A stretch of 58,115 nucleotides of DNA from Microthyrium microscopicum (taxonomy: Eukaryota): positions 3,630,627 through 3,688,741 of the forward strand of contig MU004230.1 of NCBI GenBank assembly GCA_010405405.1, read 5' to 3'. Below the pieces are notes generated by a model, which worked only from the letters and a program-made list of their open reading frames with translations, did not search any database and was not told where the DNA came from. The translations under genes were made by a program, and so were the position numbers. Within the stretch, counting starts at the first letter, position 1. Every line of letters begins with the position of its first letter. Shown here piece by piece: positions 37,686 through 51,572 of this stretch.

Positions 37686-39173
37686 GATTTTTTTTTTATA
37701 CGCTAAACGAATGATTGGGATTGGGCTGCAGATACTCGCGCATGAGTGGGATTTCCAGCCCCAAGGGACAGGAGTAGGAAAAGGAAAACCAATAATACGA
37801 AAGAGTTGTATGGCGACAAAACCTTCTAGACAAGCGTCATACAAGAAAAGTTGATGGAAAAGAAATGCCCCCACGCGACCGCTGTACACCGCAACAAGAA
37901 ACTTGAGATACGAGTCACACACTGCTAAAAGTGTGGATGGGAGGGATATATTTAAAGCATTGAAGAGGATTGACCCTCAGCCTTGCATGCGAATACCCAG
38001 CTGAATTGCTGCCAACATCACCAGATTATGAGTCTTAGACTTGTCTTAATACGTATCGACCGAGATTGTTTTGCAAGCTTCAGCCAACTTCTCTCGCAGC
38101 AGAACCAAGCATCATGCCAGTATGTATGAACTGCCGGATGTAAAAAAGTCAATTGCTATGTGTTGGCAAAGCTCGCAAGATGAATATCCGCGACGAAAAA
38201 AGTGGAGGACGGAGCCGCATAGCAAGTATCCATGCTCCAGAAGCGTGCTCGATAGGGCTGGCACTGTATAATGGGTGGAGTTATGACCCCCAAGGCAATT
38301 GTGCTCGGTATAAGATGTGCAACTAGGATCAAATCCTGGTCTTTCGAGGTTGTTTTCCATTACTACCAACTATTCGATTCGAAACGGTTCAAATATCCGG
38401 CTGGCACTTGGGCTGAGAGTCTGAGACCCAAGAGCGTGCTCGCTTAAAGTCTGCAGTATTCATCCTGATGTTGGCCGAGGACAAGAAAGAAAAAGGCTAA
38501 TCGATGTGGTGGGCTGAGTCTGAAATTCATACCAAGAGCTTCAAAAGAAATGTACGGTAAGGAGGTCAACGGTCTTTTGTGGGTCTAGACAAATAGTCGC
38601 GCTGCATCCCATGTGCAGCCGAAAACCGGAACGCTGGATATCCAATATCTGGGGAGCAGATGGATAAAAAGAATAAAAAGCAAGATATCGATTCTCACCA
38701 TCCAGTAGGATTCAACACCGCGGCGGACCCTTTTGATTTAGTGGCCTGGACATTCTCGTCCTGCATAAACTAGCGCCGCGGATTGTCAGGAACAAATCCC
38801 AAGTGGGGCAGAGTGGGCAGCTTGGGATTGCTGTGATAAAACTTATTTAGTCCTGTATGCAACGCGTGGCAGCTTCTGTAAATAAACTGCCGAATCAGTT
38901 CTGGAGTCTGGATGAACATCGTGATCATTGGCGTCTGGAAACGATCAACATTAATAACTTCAGGTACACAGGCAGAATCCAACTCCTCAAATTTGGAAAA
39001 TGACTTGGTGCCGCGGTAATTCGTACAAAGCCTACGCAGAAACAGAAAGATACAACGAAACAATGGCAAAGGCATCAGATACCCTAATAAAACGATCCAG
39101 TCCAGCGCCTTTCCGTTCAAAAGGACTTTTGCAAGCTTTAGACATCTAAGTGACCGATATAGTTACATCCCGT

Positions 39174-40580
39174 CTACTGGTTCTCGGGTCGGAGTCCACT
39201 ATGTCAAGTTAGCAAATGAAGTATAGGCATGGTTTCATGGAGTCACATACCGCACGGCCTTGCCAGCACGCCAGATCTCAAGTTCACGGATCTCTTGCAT
39301 CTCCTTCTCATACAACTCGCGATAATCGGAACGGCTGTTGTAATCTAATGAGCGCTGGGTTTCTGAGCCGTCTTCCACGCGATCATAGAGCTCGTTGAAA
39401 ACTGGCTTGAGGGTGTCCTTGAACTTTTTGCTCCAGTCGATAGCGCCACGACGAGCAGTGGTAGAGCAAGCGGCATACATATAGTCCATGCCGTTGGCAC
39501 CAATGAGTGGGTACAAGCTCTGGGTGGCTTCTTCAACAGTCTCGTTGAAAGCTTCACTTGGGCTATGACCACGTTCTCGGAGAACCTCATATTGAGCAAG
39601 GAACATGCCGTGAATACCACCCATCAAGCATCCACGCTCGCCGTAGAGATCAGAGAACACTTCCTTTTTGAAAGTAGTCTGGTAAAGGTAACCACTTCCA
39701 ACACCGACACCGAGAGCTACGGCCTTTTCTAGAGCTTGTCCTGTTACATCTTGATAAACGGCAACGGAGGAGTTGATACCGCGGCCTTCCTTGAAAAGGG
39801 AACGCACGGTGCGACCAGAGCCCTTGGGAGCCACGAGAATGACATCGATATCCTCGGGGACATCGACCTTGGTGCGGTCTTTAAATACTGGGGAGAAACC
39901 GTGCGAAAAGTAGAGGGTCTGTACTACGGTTAGTACCAACAATTGAACAAGAGGGATTTGCTTACCTTTCCCTTGGTGAGAAGCGGCTTGATTGTTGGCC
40001 ATGTCTCACTTTGAGCAGCATCACTGAGGAGGTTCATGATGATGGAACCCTTCTTGATGGCCTCTTCTACTTCAAAAAGGTTCTTTCCTGGGATCCATCC
40101 ATCTTGTACAGCGTCTTTCCATGAAGCGCCATTCTTGCGAACACCGATGATCACGTTGAGACCGTTGTCACGGAGGTTTAGACCTTGACCATGGCCTTGA
40201 GATCCGTAGCCGATGAGAGCAAGAGTATCATCCTTGAAGTAATCCTGCCATCATTAGAATTCATTGCGAAACGTCGCACAACTTGTGACTCACGAGGAGC
40301 TTCTCTCTTGGCCAGTCGTCACGTTCTGGTACAAATTAGATAACATGCTCAATCACTAGAGCACAATAGACTTACCGTAGACAGTCTCCTTGGTACCAGC
40401 AAAGTCAATGGTCTTCATGCCACGAGTTTGCTGGACTGGTAGACCAACGGCACCACGAACAGCTGCGGGGGCAGCTCTGGCAGCCACCAACGGCGTCATA
40501 CGGGCGCCATGAATGGTGGAGGACTTGGTCAATTGGCTCAATGCTGAGCGTATAGCTTGAGGAGCACGTCGAGCGGCCAT
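39174..40580 (-). CDS. ILV5: Ketol-acid reductoisomerase, mitochondrial
   Basis: Presequence, MKTIDFAGTKETVY, LIGYGSQGHGQGLNLRDNG, NLLSDAAQSETW, SDLYGERGCLMG, ACSTTARRGAIDW, C-terminal LRPENQ. Confidence 0.97.
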
Positions 40581-40738
40581 GATGAAGAGTGGAGAGGAAA
40601 GTAAAGGGTATTGGGAGTGTTGTTGGAAAAAGTTTGTTATGAGCGGTCAGCAACTGAGAAAGCTTGGTGGAATTTTTTCACAACAGTCAGGCCAAAAAAA
40701 AGTGGTTGGCTGCACATGTGCTGTGGTTTCCCGGATCG

Positions 40739-40764
40739 CCGACATCGGTCCCGAGCTTGACTCA
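40739..40764. promoter_or_regulatory. Adjacent Leu3/LeuB-type (CCGN4CGG) and Gcn4/CpcA-type (TGACTCA) sites upstream of ILV5
   Basis: CCGACATCGG at 40739-40748 and TGACTCA at 40758-40764, about 160-185 bp upstream of the ILV5 ATG. Confidence 0.7.
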
Positions 40765-41463
40765 TTGGATAAGATTAGATCACTTCCATCTTCTCCTTTT
40801 CCTTCTTTAGCTTTAAAGCTTTTCATACAATTTACAACCTTTGTAAACAACGCGGAATGCCCTACAAATTACGCCTCTAGTGCAGGTTATTTGAAGAGCT
40901 AGGATATGCGGAGATCAAGCTGCTATTCCGCGTTCACTGTCTCCCCGCAAAAGAGCCCTGTTACGAAGCTGCCAATGTCGATCTAGCGGTAGAATAGTAC
41001 TCTAGAGTCTATGGTAGATGACCTTCACGTAGGACAAAGTACTTGAAAATAGCGGCAGATATCGCGCGAAATATACCGAAGCTCTGAGCTCACCAGTTCA
41101 ATGCCACCAAAGCACTCTCAGAGCGAGCACGACAATCTTACATGGCCAAATAAGCTTCAAGATCCTAGTTTGCGATTGATACTCCTTGTCCTGACACAGC
41201 TTGGCCCATCCTATGAATAAAGCAAACGAATCTAGTGCAAGGCGAATTGCATAAATCATACATCCTGGAAGTTATAGGGTGACAAGAATGGTAAATGGAG
41301 CAAATGCTGAATAGCATGCCCTGCTGCGCTTCCGCAACCTGGGCAAGTTTAGAAACATCACGAGAAACCTCGAACTCTGATGAGTTGATGTATGTAGTCA
41401 TATTCGCAATCTGAATTCTACTTTCCTTCATCATCATTGTTATCGTTGCAGCATACTCATATC

Positions 41464-43784
41464 ATGGCGAAATCGAAGACAGCGAAATCGAACAAGACTT
41501 GGTTTGGGATGACCGGTGCGAGGCTCACTTTTTGGGTTACTGTAGTGAGTAATCTTCCCAACGGTCTCGTACGATGTCAGAAGAATCTAGATTCTAATGG
41601 ATGGGTGCTTCAGGCTTGTGCTACAGATATGACGCTATTTGGGTATGATCAAGGCAAGTCTACACTTCTCCAAAAGAGTCATCCTTTTGCGTCATACATC
41701 AAGAGATCACCCAAGCATTTTGACTCATTTCTAACATCTTGTAGGAGTTTTTGGTACCAAACTATCTTCCAACTAAAGTGAACACAACTAATACGAAATA
41801 TAGGTGGTGTTGTAGTGACCAAGGACTATCTCAACACATTTGGTTTACGGAACAACCCAAGTTTACTAGGTACCATCACAGCCATCTATGATATCGGCTG
41901 CTTCTTTGGTGCGATTCTGGCCTTCGTGGTGGGAGATCGGCTAGGACGAAAGAAGACGATATTACTCGGTATGTGTAACTCCTTAGCCTCGTGGTATAAA
42001 CTGCAATACCTTACACAAGATATTGATCTTGTGATGTATCAGGTACAACCGTCATGTCTGTTGGCGCAATTCTCCAAATCGTATCATGGTCTGTACCTCA
42101 ACTAATTGTTGGCCGGTGAGTATTGTGTTTCGAGTTTTGGACTTTGATATCTAACAAACACGGTATAGAATCGTGGCCGGAATCGGAAATGGTCTGAACA
42201 CTGCCACTGCTCCAGTATGGCAAAGCGAAACTTCTAAGACCAGTTGGAGAGGAAAGCTAGTCGTCATTGAAATGGTGTTCAATATCTTTGGATTTTGTCT
42301 CAGTAACTGGGTAACCTTTGGCTTTTCATTCGTCGACAGTCCTGTCTCTTGGAGAGTTCCATTGGCATTCCAATTTCTGTTCATCTTTATCTTGTTCGCC
42401 ACTGTACCATGGTTGCCTGAGTCGCCACGGCAAGTCTGCTCTCTGAGGGTAATAAACTTACACAACAATAGCTAACCATGTGTCTACTAGCTGGCTCGTA
42501 TCCCATGGTCGTATCAGCGAGGCAGAAGAAATCCTCGCGGATCTAGAGGATACCGGAATCGACGACCCATACATCATCACTCAATCACGAGAGATCCAAT
42601 GGGCTGCCAACTATGAGCGTGAACATGCCGTCAGGTGGAGAGATCTGCTCCGCGGACGTACAGGTGATGCTGCAGGAACTTCGACCTTACGCCGCATGAT
42701 TCTAGGCATGGGGTACGTATTCTCTACCAAGTGCATACAAACAAATACAAGACTAAACTACCTCCAGAACCCAAGCAATGCAACAGCTGAGCGGTATAAA
42801 CGTAACATCCTACTATCTCCCCACAGGTCCGTTCCCGTGCCCTTCTCACATCTCAGTAGCTAACTCATAACAGTTCTTATCGAATCCGTTGGCCAAACCG
42901 AAACCATGGCCCGATTACTAGCCGCCTGTAACTCCGTCTCCTATCTCCTCTTCTCGCTAATCGGCATACCCAACGTCGAGCGCTGGGGTCGTCGAAAAAT
43001 GATGATGTACGCTGCATTAGGCCAGGGGATCTGCTATCTTATGATAACGATTCTGATTGGTCTCAACGAGACTGAAGGATTCGATTACCAAAAACAGGCA
43101 GCAGAAGCCTCAATTGCCTTCTTTTTTCTCTACTATGTCTTCTTTGGCATTGGATGGCAGGGCGTGCCTTGGTTGTATCCGACAGAGATCAATAGTTTAT
43201 CCATGAGGACTAAAGGGGCGGCAGCTGGGACTGCTACGAATTGGATGTTCAATTTGTAAGTTCAACAATTCTCCTTTCACAAAACTTGATGCTGCTTATT
43301 CTAGTTCCAATGCTGACGGTAATGATCAGCATTGTCGTTGAAATCACACCAATCGGCATCGCAAGTCTGAAATGGCGATTTTACATCATTTGGACTTTAA
43401 TGAACCTCGCTTTTGTTCCAATCGTCTACATTTTCTACCCCGAGGTAACCAACCTTCCTTCCCGTCAACTTGTTGAAAGCCTACTGAAATTTCCAGACTG
43501 CCGACCGTTCTCTAGAAGATGTCGATCGTTTCTTCTCCGAGAACCAGAACGTTTTGGTATTTCGCGATAAAGAGGCTATATCTGGGAGGAGACCGGCTCG
43601 ATATCTAGAACGGGAAGTGGAAGAATATCGTCAACATTCAGCGAACAATTCACGTCGGAACAGCGTGGGGACAATACGGTATAGAAACCATCCCGCTACT
43701 TTGGAGTTGGAAAATACAAATGATGCGGAGGGTGGAAGAGCTGCATTGGGCTCCACTGATGGGGCGAATGGCAATAGAAAATAA
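41464..43784 (+). CDS. MFS sugar porter (STL1-like)
   Basis: LFGYDQGVFGG, GDRLGRKKT, GIGNGLNTATAPVWQSE, PESPRWL, MQQLSGINVTSYY, VERWGRRK, PWLYPTEIN, YPETADRSLE; many introns. Confidence 0.92.
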
Positions 43785-43980
43785 CACGAGGATGACCCAG
43801 CAATGGCCAAATTTGTATCACTACCTGCTCTACACGTCAGATCTTGTAGAGTAGAGTAGTCCCCAAGAATGAAGGCAAGTAGGTTAAAATTATTCTCCAA
43901 ACAACATCGAGGTATCAATTACACCGCAACATATAGGGGTATTCCATCCAACACATAAAATCATAACTCGCGCAAAAAAA

Positions 43981-46872
43981 CTAACGTATCGTCAACATCT
44001 CCAAACAAAACTCTTGAAACTCTCCAGGCTTCAGCCAATCCTCCACATCGTCTTCCACATAATTGTAGTATTTAGCACGATATTCCTCCTTGACGCGCCT
44101 CAAATGGACTTTGTCCCAATGATATCGCACCAGCCGTGATATCAATAGCTCATAACGATCCTTGCGATCTTCTCGCTCGCGTTCCTTTTCCCGCTGCTTT
44201 TCTTTCTCCTTCTCCTTTTCTCGCTCTCGCGTCTCCCGGTTTTCGGTGCTGAAGGGGTTGAGTTTGGTAATGCTAGATCGCGGCGTAGGATCCCTCGAAT
44301 CTGCACCTGACGATTCTGCCGAGGAGCGACGGGATTTCGAGCGTGGTTTGAGATCGAGGAGGGCGTGATATAGCAGCATAGCGTCTCTGGCCGGTCGATT
44401 TATCACACCATTGAGGATATGTGCAATGACTTCGCCCTAAAACAACATTAGCCAAAGCACCTTAGGAACTGATTTGAAGAACTTACCACTAAATTCTCAC
44501 TCCTCTGCAACGCAATCTTCGCAAAATTCCCACCCTCCCTCCGTTCAAACAACCGCAAACACTCCTTCAAATGCCTCTCACTCCGCTGCACACAAATCTG
44601 CAACATCGCCGACTCTCCACCCGACCGTCCTTTAAGCGCACGCACCCATGTATCCACATCCTTCTCCACATACTCTCTCGGAAAACTCTCCTTCTCGTCC
44701 TGCCGTCTCGCTTCCAGCGCCCACATAATCGCCGTACGAAACTTGTCCACCCTCAACTCCTTATCCATGCACTTGACCAAACTATCCCCATAACGTTTGT
44801 CGCGGAAATTTTCTTTGATCTTTTGGACTTCAGAGTTGGGTCGGCCCATTAGCGCTTCGATGAGAAGTTCGCGTTTGGCGACGGCGGATTGGTACCAGTA
44901 GTTTGCCCAGTAGCCTTCCGACTCCCAGCGGCCGAGGGCGGTGACGTAGGCGATTGTGCGGAGATTGCTGGGGACTTTGAGTTTGATGTGTTTGGCGATA
45001 TTGATGCCGCGGCCTTGGTACTTTGCTACGTGTTTATAGGCTGTGTGTAACTCCATGATTTGGTCGTGGCTGAGGACGGGGAGGATGTCGGTGAGGACGC
45101 CAAAGTCGGGCTTGGCTTTGGTGAGTTCGGTGGCGATGTGGGAGGCGTCTTCTTCTGCTTGGTACATGCTGACCGTCTTCTTCTTCGGAGACTTGGAGCG
45201 GCGGCGCGAGAGGGATCGTTGGCGGGAGGAGGCGCGGCCGTTGGTTTTGCTGATGCTGAGGGTGCGGCTTTTGCCGAGACCGATGGAGACGCGCTCTTTG
45301 GAGGTGCGTGGGGAGGAGGGCTCGAGGGGTGAGAGATCGGAGTAGTCGTCGTAGTCATCGTGGGCGCGGATCATGGGGGACGGCATGCCAGGCATGGATT
45401 GCCAAGTCCCGCGGTAAGCTTCGAGGAGAGGACTGGCTGGAGGTAATACACCATGTACGTCTGGCCTGTCACCGCTTACAGATAGACGATCCATTCGGGT
45501 TCGCATACCGCCTCCTGGTGACACGCCTCGAACATCAGGCCGAAGTTGGGATGTCGATAATCGATGCGACTTGGATTTTGACTTTGGCGGAGATATATCT
45601 CTAGGGGCAATATCTTTGATTCTAGCCCCGTCTTCAAAGGCGCGTCCACCAGCTGATATAGGATATTCATCTGGGCCATCAATCGGATAGCCACCCGGCG
45701 TTGAAATGGGAAACCCGGCTGGCGTACTTATTGGATAACCTCCGGGTGTTGAAATTGGGTATGTGTCGGGATGTCCTATAGGTAGGGGAGGCGGTGGAGG
45801 AGGCATACCACCCTGAAATGGTGATCGCGAAGGCGGTGGCATGCTTGGAGGAGGAGGCATTCCACCGAAGAACCCTCCGTTACCACCAGGGTATGGCAAT
45901 GTCGTGACATCTTTATCTTTCTTCTTTTTTGTCGGCTTTCCACCAGGCTCAATTGTCATTGTTGAGTATTGGGTATCAACCACGTCCTCAACCGTCGCAA
46001 ATTGATCGCTCTTCTTCTGTTTCTTTTTCTTCTCATCCAAAACTCTAGGAATTGTAGCATAAGGTGTATGTGGTATCAAGGGCGGAGGTTGCCTGATTGG
46101 CTGTGATGTATATTTGATTTGCGACGGCGGCTTCGCATACTGGTAAGCTCCAGAGGGAGCATTATATCCGTTGACTACTGTCCGCGTAGGCTGTACGGTA
46201 GCCGAAGGGCCTGTTTGTGGATAAGGAGTAAAGGTTGGTACCATGGGCGCAGAATACTGAACGCCCTGGACACCTCCCGGTGGAGTATGATATTGGTTGT
46301 CTGGTTGCGCTTCCATGATGGGAGAATTCATGGATGAGGTAGCTGCCGAAGGTAATGCGCCAGTCATTAGGTAGTCATCTTCTGTTGTAGAAGAAATCAG
46401 TCAGCGTCCAGGAGATAGAAAATAAGATGTATAATGATTGAAGCTTGGGACGAATCGAACTCGAGAGGGCAATCAGATAGTACAAATGCACAACTGCAGG
46501 TATCCGATTCGAGAGCTGCGCGACATGCTGCTACAGGGCAAAGGAGCAGATGACTAGGCCATGCAGCACTTGAAGCGGCGTATGGGTGGGTACAGAGGCC
46601 ACCATCAGGTAACAATGCTTTTGTTTGATGCTGTTTGTTTGATTTGGAGGGATAAACAACAGGGGCGCATCGAGTCTCGAGAATAACAATTGATTTGGTA
46701 GCACCATGGTTTTTCAACGTACGTGTATGTGAGTGTTCCTGTCAACATGTCAAGTTAGCATCTTGTCGCAACAAACGTTTCTAGTGTTTCTTGTTACCTG
46801 TTTGCGACTTGTAGATCTTGAACGTGATCGCGAGCGTGATGTTCCCAAGGAACCAGTTGGGAATAGCGACAT
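43981..46872 (-). CDS. Pro-rich protein with C-terminal annexin-like helical repeats
   Basis: MSLFPTGSLGTSRSRSRS|EHSHT|QDDYLMTG; helical region LPVLSHDQIMELHTAYK, ELLIEALMGRPNSEV, GGESAMLQI, LISRLVRYHWD. The annexin assignment is from recalled similarity. Confidence 0.7.
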
Positions 46873-47615
46873 TTAGGATTTCTAGAGAAAAAGAAAATGC
46901 GACAGATTTTCAGCTCACAGAAGGATGAAGGTTGTAGGACTCATCAAGGCGGAGGATTTGGCGGATCTGACAGTTCCCAGCTTTCAGGCTGTGCCACCAA
47001 CAGTTGTCTGGGGGAATCCACTCTGAGTCTCTGATCCACACCACCAGCGTCAAAAGCGGCTAGCAATCTTCTGAAACATGGCTATTTTGGGGTTAGCCGC
47101 CGGTCAACACCATGTTTGATCAGGCCTCCATCCATTTCTCCCTTCGCTGCCTGGTTGGTCATGATGCTTTTCCTGTCATTCGAAGAGGGCCCGACTCCAA
47201 TTCAAGCATCTTGTTTCGCGCACTTGTTTTCGCCCTTGCCGCCTGTTTGCTGACTTGACTCTCGACATCATAAGCCGATGCTCGCACACTCAAGCTCTCA
47301 ATGAACTATCACGAAGTCCTCTTCTTCATACCAGCATGAGTCGTAGTCTTGTTTACCGTAACCCAGGTAGTGTTGGAGACGAACGGTGGTTGAATGCGGA
47401 AGAGATCAAGCATGTCCTGGCTCATACCCATGAAAGAACCCCTAATGAACAGGATAATCCCCGTTGAACGCATCTACTCGACGTCCCGACCCGAACTCTA
47501 GACATTGAAGCTCTATTTCCCCTCTAGTTCCCAACAACTTCAATCGAGTCAAATAGCAGGGAAAGTGTATCACTGGAATGGTAATAGACGGCATATATCT
47601 CATTAACAACATCCA

Positions 47616-48696
47616 TCAAACACAAGCCTCAAACTCCAAAATCCCCTCATCAACCTCCTTCCCCCTCCCCTTCCAATCCCAACAAACCTCCATATCCTCA
47701 TTACCCCCATCCTCTTTCGAACCAACCGGTAAATTCACCATCCCCTCCCGAAACACAATCACCCGAAATACATTCCTTCCACTACTCTCACCACCATCTC
47801 CTGTAGCTTCCACACCCATGGGCCCATAATACCTGACCTCAAAATCAGCAATAACCCCCTCCACCAAAACCTCCACACCAGCCTCCTTCCTCACCGCAAC
47901 AACATTATACCTCCCACACGCCCGTCGATGAACATGCGTCGTCAATCTCTTCATCCATCTCTCCAATGATGCCGTAGGCCCCACATCGCTGCGAAATGAC
48001 TGTAACACATCATCTGAATTCAACATCTGGCTAGGCAACCATGTAGCCGGAAACGATGCAGATAGCGACGTATCTCGCCCTAAATGTATATTTGATAGGT
48101 AGTTATCCGTCGTGTCTATGGACGTCGGCACATCCAGCGCGTTAAACAATGAAGGTGCGGGAAATGAGGATAGGCGATCGGAGTGCGTTGAGGATGTTGT
48201 GCTTTGTAGCGAGGTATTACTTCGACTGGACGTTGTGCTGCGCGCTAATGATTGTGCTCTCCCGTTCTTCGTCGGCGATACGGGGAAACGGGTTGATATT
48301 CGTGATGTTCTTGTTCCGCGGGATGAAGTTGATGATGGTCGTGGTGTTATACGTGTGCGCAGATGTTTTCGTTGCGAGATCAATTTTGTTGGGCGTGTGT
48401 TCATGCGGAGGGGGTTGGTGGTGTCGTGGTAGGGTGCCCATTGTTCGTTGCGTGGTGGTGGTGTTTCGAGGTCGTCGTGGTAGTCGTGTCTCTGGATGGC
48501 TTGGAGTTTTTGGCGGTGGCGTTTGCGGAGGTAGACGATTGTTTGGAGGAGGGTTAGGCCGGTTATGGAGATTATGGAGAGGATTAGAAGGAGGAGGAGT
48601 GTTAATGATCTGGATCGTCAATAGTTTGATCTTGTGGGATTCTTTCGTCGAAACTTACAACATGATGTATGAGATCCTAGAAGATCTATGGGTCAT
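47616..48696 (-). CDS. Hypothetical protein with N-terminal TM anchor
   Basis: MTHRSSRISYIML|SLTLLLLLILSIISITGLTLLQTIVYLRKRHRQK joins the 262-aa ORF in frame through a short GT-AG intron. Confidence 0.55.
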
Positions 48697-49143
48697 GACA
48701 GAGGCATTTCGTCGTTCGTTTCGGGCATAATGTTAAGCAATAATCAGCTGTAGACTCGGTATGATCCTGCTGCTTCACGACTATGCGAAGTAAGTTGGGT
48801 TTGTGTAGCGTGGTGAGGAATGCTGTTAATGGTTGCCCTGTTACACAGATATCCATAACGAGCACCGCAGCGATGAGCAGAGGGGATTGGATATGCAAAA
48901 TCGATTTCATTGTGAAGCTGTTGCTACTGTTTGAATCACCATACCCCAAAGCTGTCAAGCAAAACTAGTAATAATTAGGAGTAAGAAATGAAACATTATT
49001 CAATAAAATGTCCACGGTGTTCCCTCGAACAAATAACCAACCGCTTCTCAAAACCTGTATGCGTATATGTGCTATGCTCGCAAGGAATCCGAAACTCGCT
49101 AATCGAAAATGCCGCAAGTCGGCAGGCCATGTAATCCCAAACT

Positions 49144-51572
49144 CTACAAACCCGAATCAATTTGATCAGGAATATTAGCGCTCGTCCATGTATCCCACGA
49201 GGCGCAAGTATCTGCCACAACACTGGGAAAGTCCAACTTCATAACGTCGTCAGGACGTTCCAAAATGTTAATGTAAAGTCCACCGCTGACATGCCACGCA
49301 ATACTATAACGTGTTAGCTAAAAGAAGTCACATGGTGGGATAGTACTCACTGGCAATGGAATGGCCAGACTGAAGGATTGTCTTGCGTCCATTGGAGGAC
49401 AATATACGCGGGTGTAGTGGCATCTTGCGCTGCACGAACAAGTTGAACATCTCGTCGTTGCGTATTATTAGGATTCGTTACTACACCGTCCCAAGTTCCG
49501 AAGCCCTCTGCAAGGACGTGGAAGTTATGGCCGTGAAGCTGGAACAGTCAGTGTGTGTCGTGACCACAGGAAGGTGAGAGAAGACTTACATGCATGGGAT
49601 GCGATGAGAATTGGAAAGTGTTTTGCACGATCAATCGAACGGAGGAGTTTGATCCAAAATTATACACATTCCACTCCGCAGGGAAACTCAAGTTGCCTTG
49701 CTTGACATCTTCGAGTACAGGAGAATTGTAGTCTCCTCGGAACGATTCGCCGTTCATGAACCAGATGAAATTGGTGCCGTTGGACTGGAAGACAATGTCG
49801 ATGTTTTGGACGGCTGGTGGAGCTGGGTCTGGAGTGATGGCGCATCGAGCTGTGGTTAGACTCAACGCATCGTTTCCACAGTCTTCAAGTTCTGCGGTTG
49901 TGAGACTAGATGTAGTATTTGGGACCATTGAAGTGTCGGCGTTTTCATAGTAGACGGCGGCAACTGCTTGGGGGGAGACACCGTCGGTGTTTGAACAGCC
50001 GGCTCCAATGGTGCCTAGATCTGAGCGCATCCAGTATGCTGAGCCTGCTGTTCCGTTTGCGAGAACCTGAATATGCTATTAGTAAGGAGGGCAGTCAATT
50101 AGGAACCCTACTTACAATAATATCAGACCGCTGTCCAACGCCTAGGGTAATGACACTAGTGTTGTACGGTGTGATAGGAACAAAATCGTTCGCTACGACG
50201 GTGAAACTATGCCCATCGATGGTAAACTTTTCGATTCCTTCACCGGAAGTGTTAATCACACGAAGGAGGTATTTCTTGCCAGACTGAAACTGAAACTTGC
50301 TGATTCCTGCATTTGGTACGCAAGCTGCGGTGGTATTCTCGCATGGATAGTTCATTTTACCATTGATCTGAAAAATTAATTTGACTCTTTACACCAGTCA
50401 TGGGGTTTGAATGTCTTACCAAGTTGTTGTTTGAGACTGGAGCTCCGCCTTGCATTGTTTCATTCACGAGAGTAAAGTAATCAGAATGATACCAGTCGGT
50501 GACCATAACTGGACCGATGTCAACGTCGTAATCTCCAAGCTTTGGTCCATGGATAACGATGGGCCCAAGGGCACCTCCTGAGTACTGAGCACTGTAATGA
50601 GCTGCGAGATATTAGCGCAAGGCAAGTAAGTTTTCCGGGCTACACTTACAATGATACCATGAGCTGCCGTATTGCTCAGCTTTGAAAGTATAAACCATGG
50701 TGGCACCAGGGGCAATTGGACACTGACTAACAGATGGCACACCGTCGTACCAAGGTGTGCCTACTTGTAGTAGTCCATGCCAATGTAGTGAAGTTCCCTC
50801 GTCAGTGAGGTTATTGTGAACTGTCACTTGAATACTGAAAGTTGGAGTCAGTTTATTCCCATGTCGCAACAAGTCTTTCTGCAAGGACTTACGTATCTCC
50901 CCAATTAGCTTCGATCAATGGACCAGGAAAGCCTCCGTTGATAACAAGCCCATTCTTAACAACACCATCCGGTGCAATGTTTTGATAAGAGACAGTCAAG
51001 TCATAGGATACGGTAACTCCAGTATCTGGTGCTGTGCCGCAAACTTGGCCAGTACCGTTGTTGACGGCCAGTGTGGGATTGTTAATGAGGCCCCATTTAG
51101 AATTGCCGTTCGTGACGGACTGTGGTAGACCTGAAGGGAAGGATTTGGCACCACTTGGAGCCCATCCTGGCGCTTGATATTTGCCAGCACCTGGACCACC
51201 TGAAGGAAATGGCCGGGTGGACGGTTTAGGTGGAGGCTTTTGACCTGATGCGGTAGGCTTTCCTGGCCAGGTGAAAGGTAGCTTGGTGTAATCGTTTGGG
51301 TTAAAGGCCAGACCGTTGGGATTGTAAAACCCAGATGGTACTGCTTGTCCAGCAGTGAGAGTCTGGGATCCGGCAACAGATCCAGTTAGCAACGACCCTG
51401 AAAAGGGCTTTGGCTTTCCTGCTACTGTGAGAGCAGACGCCGCTGCAGTGCTTGTGGTCGCTGCAGTAGAGGTTGCTGCTGCAGAAGTCGTTGCTGCAGG
51501 TACCGCAGAGGCGTAAGGTAGAATCAGAGCAAGGATTATAGATCCTGCGATCACAGAGGGTATTCTGGCCAT
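49144..51572 (-). CDS. Laccase / multicopper oxidase (AA1)
   Basis: Signal peptide; copper motifs [40 protein letters not shown]-terminal DSGL. Confidence 0.95.

Noticed and set aside
15225..51572. Secondary-metabolite cluster linking quinone reductase, dioxygenase, transporter and laccase
   Set aside because: No backbone enzyme or cluster regulator; these genes are interspersed with housekeeping genes.
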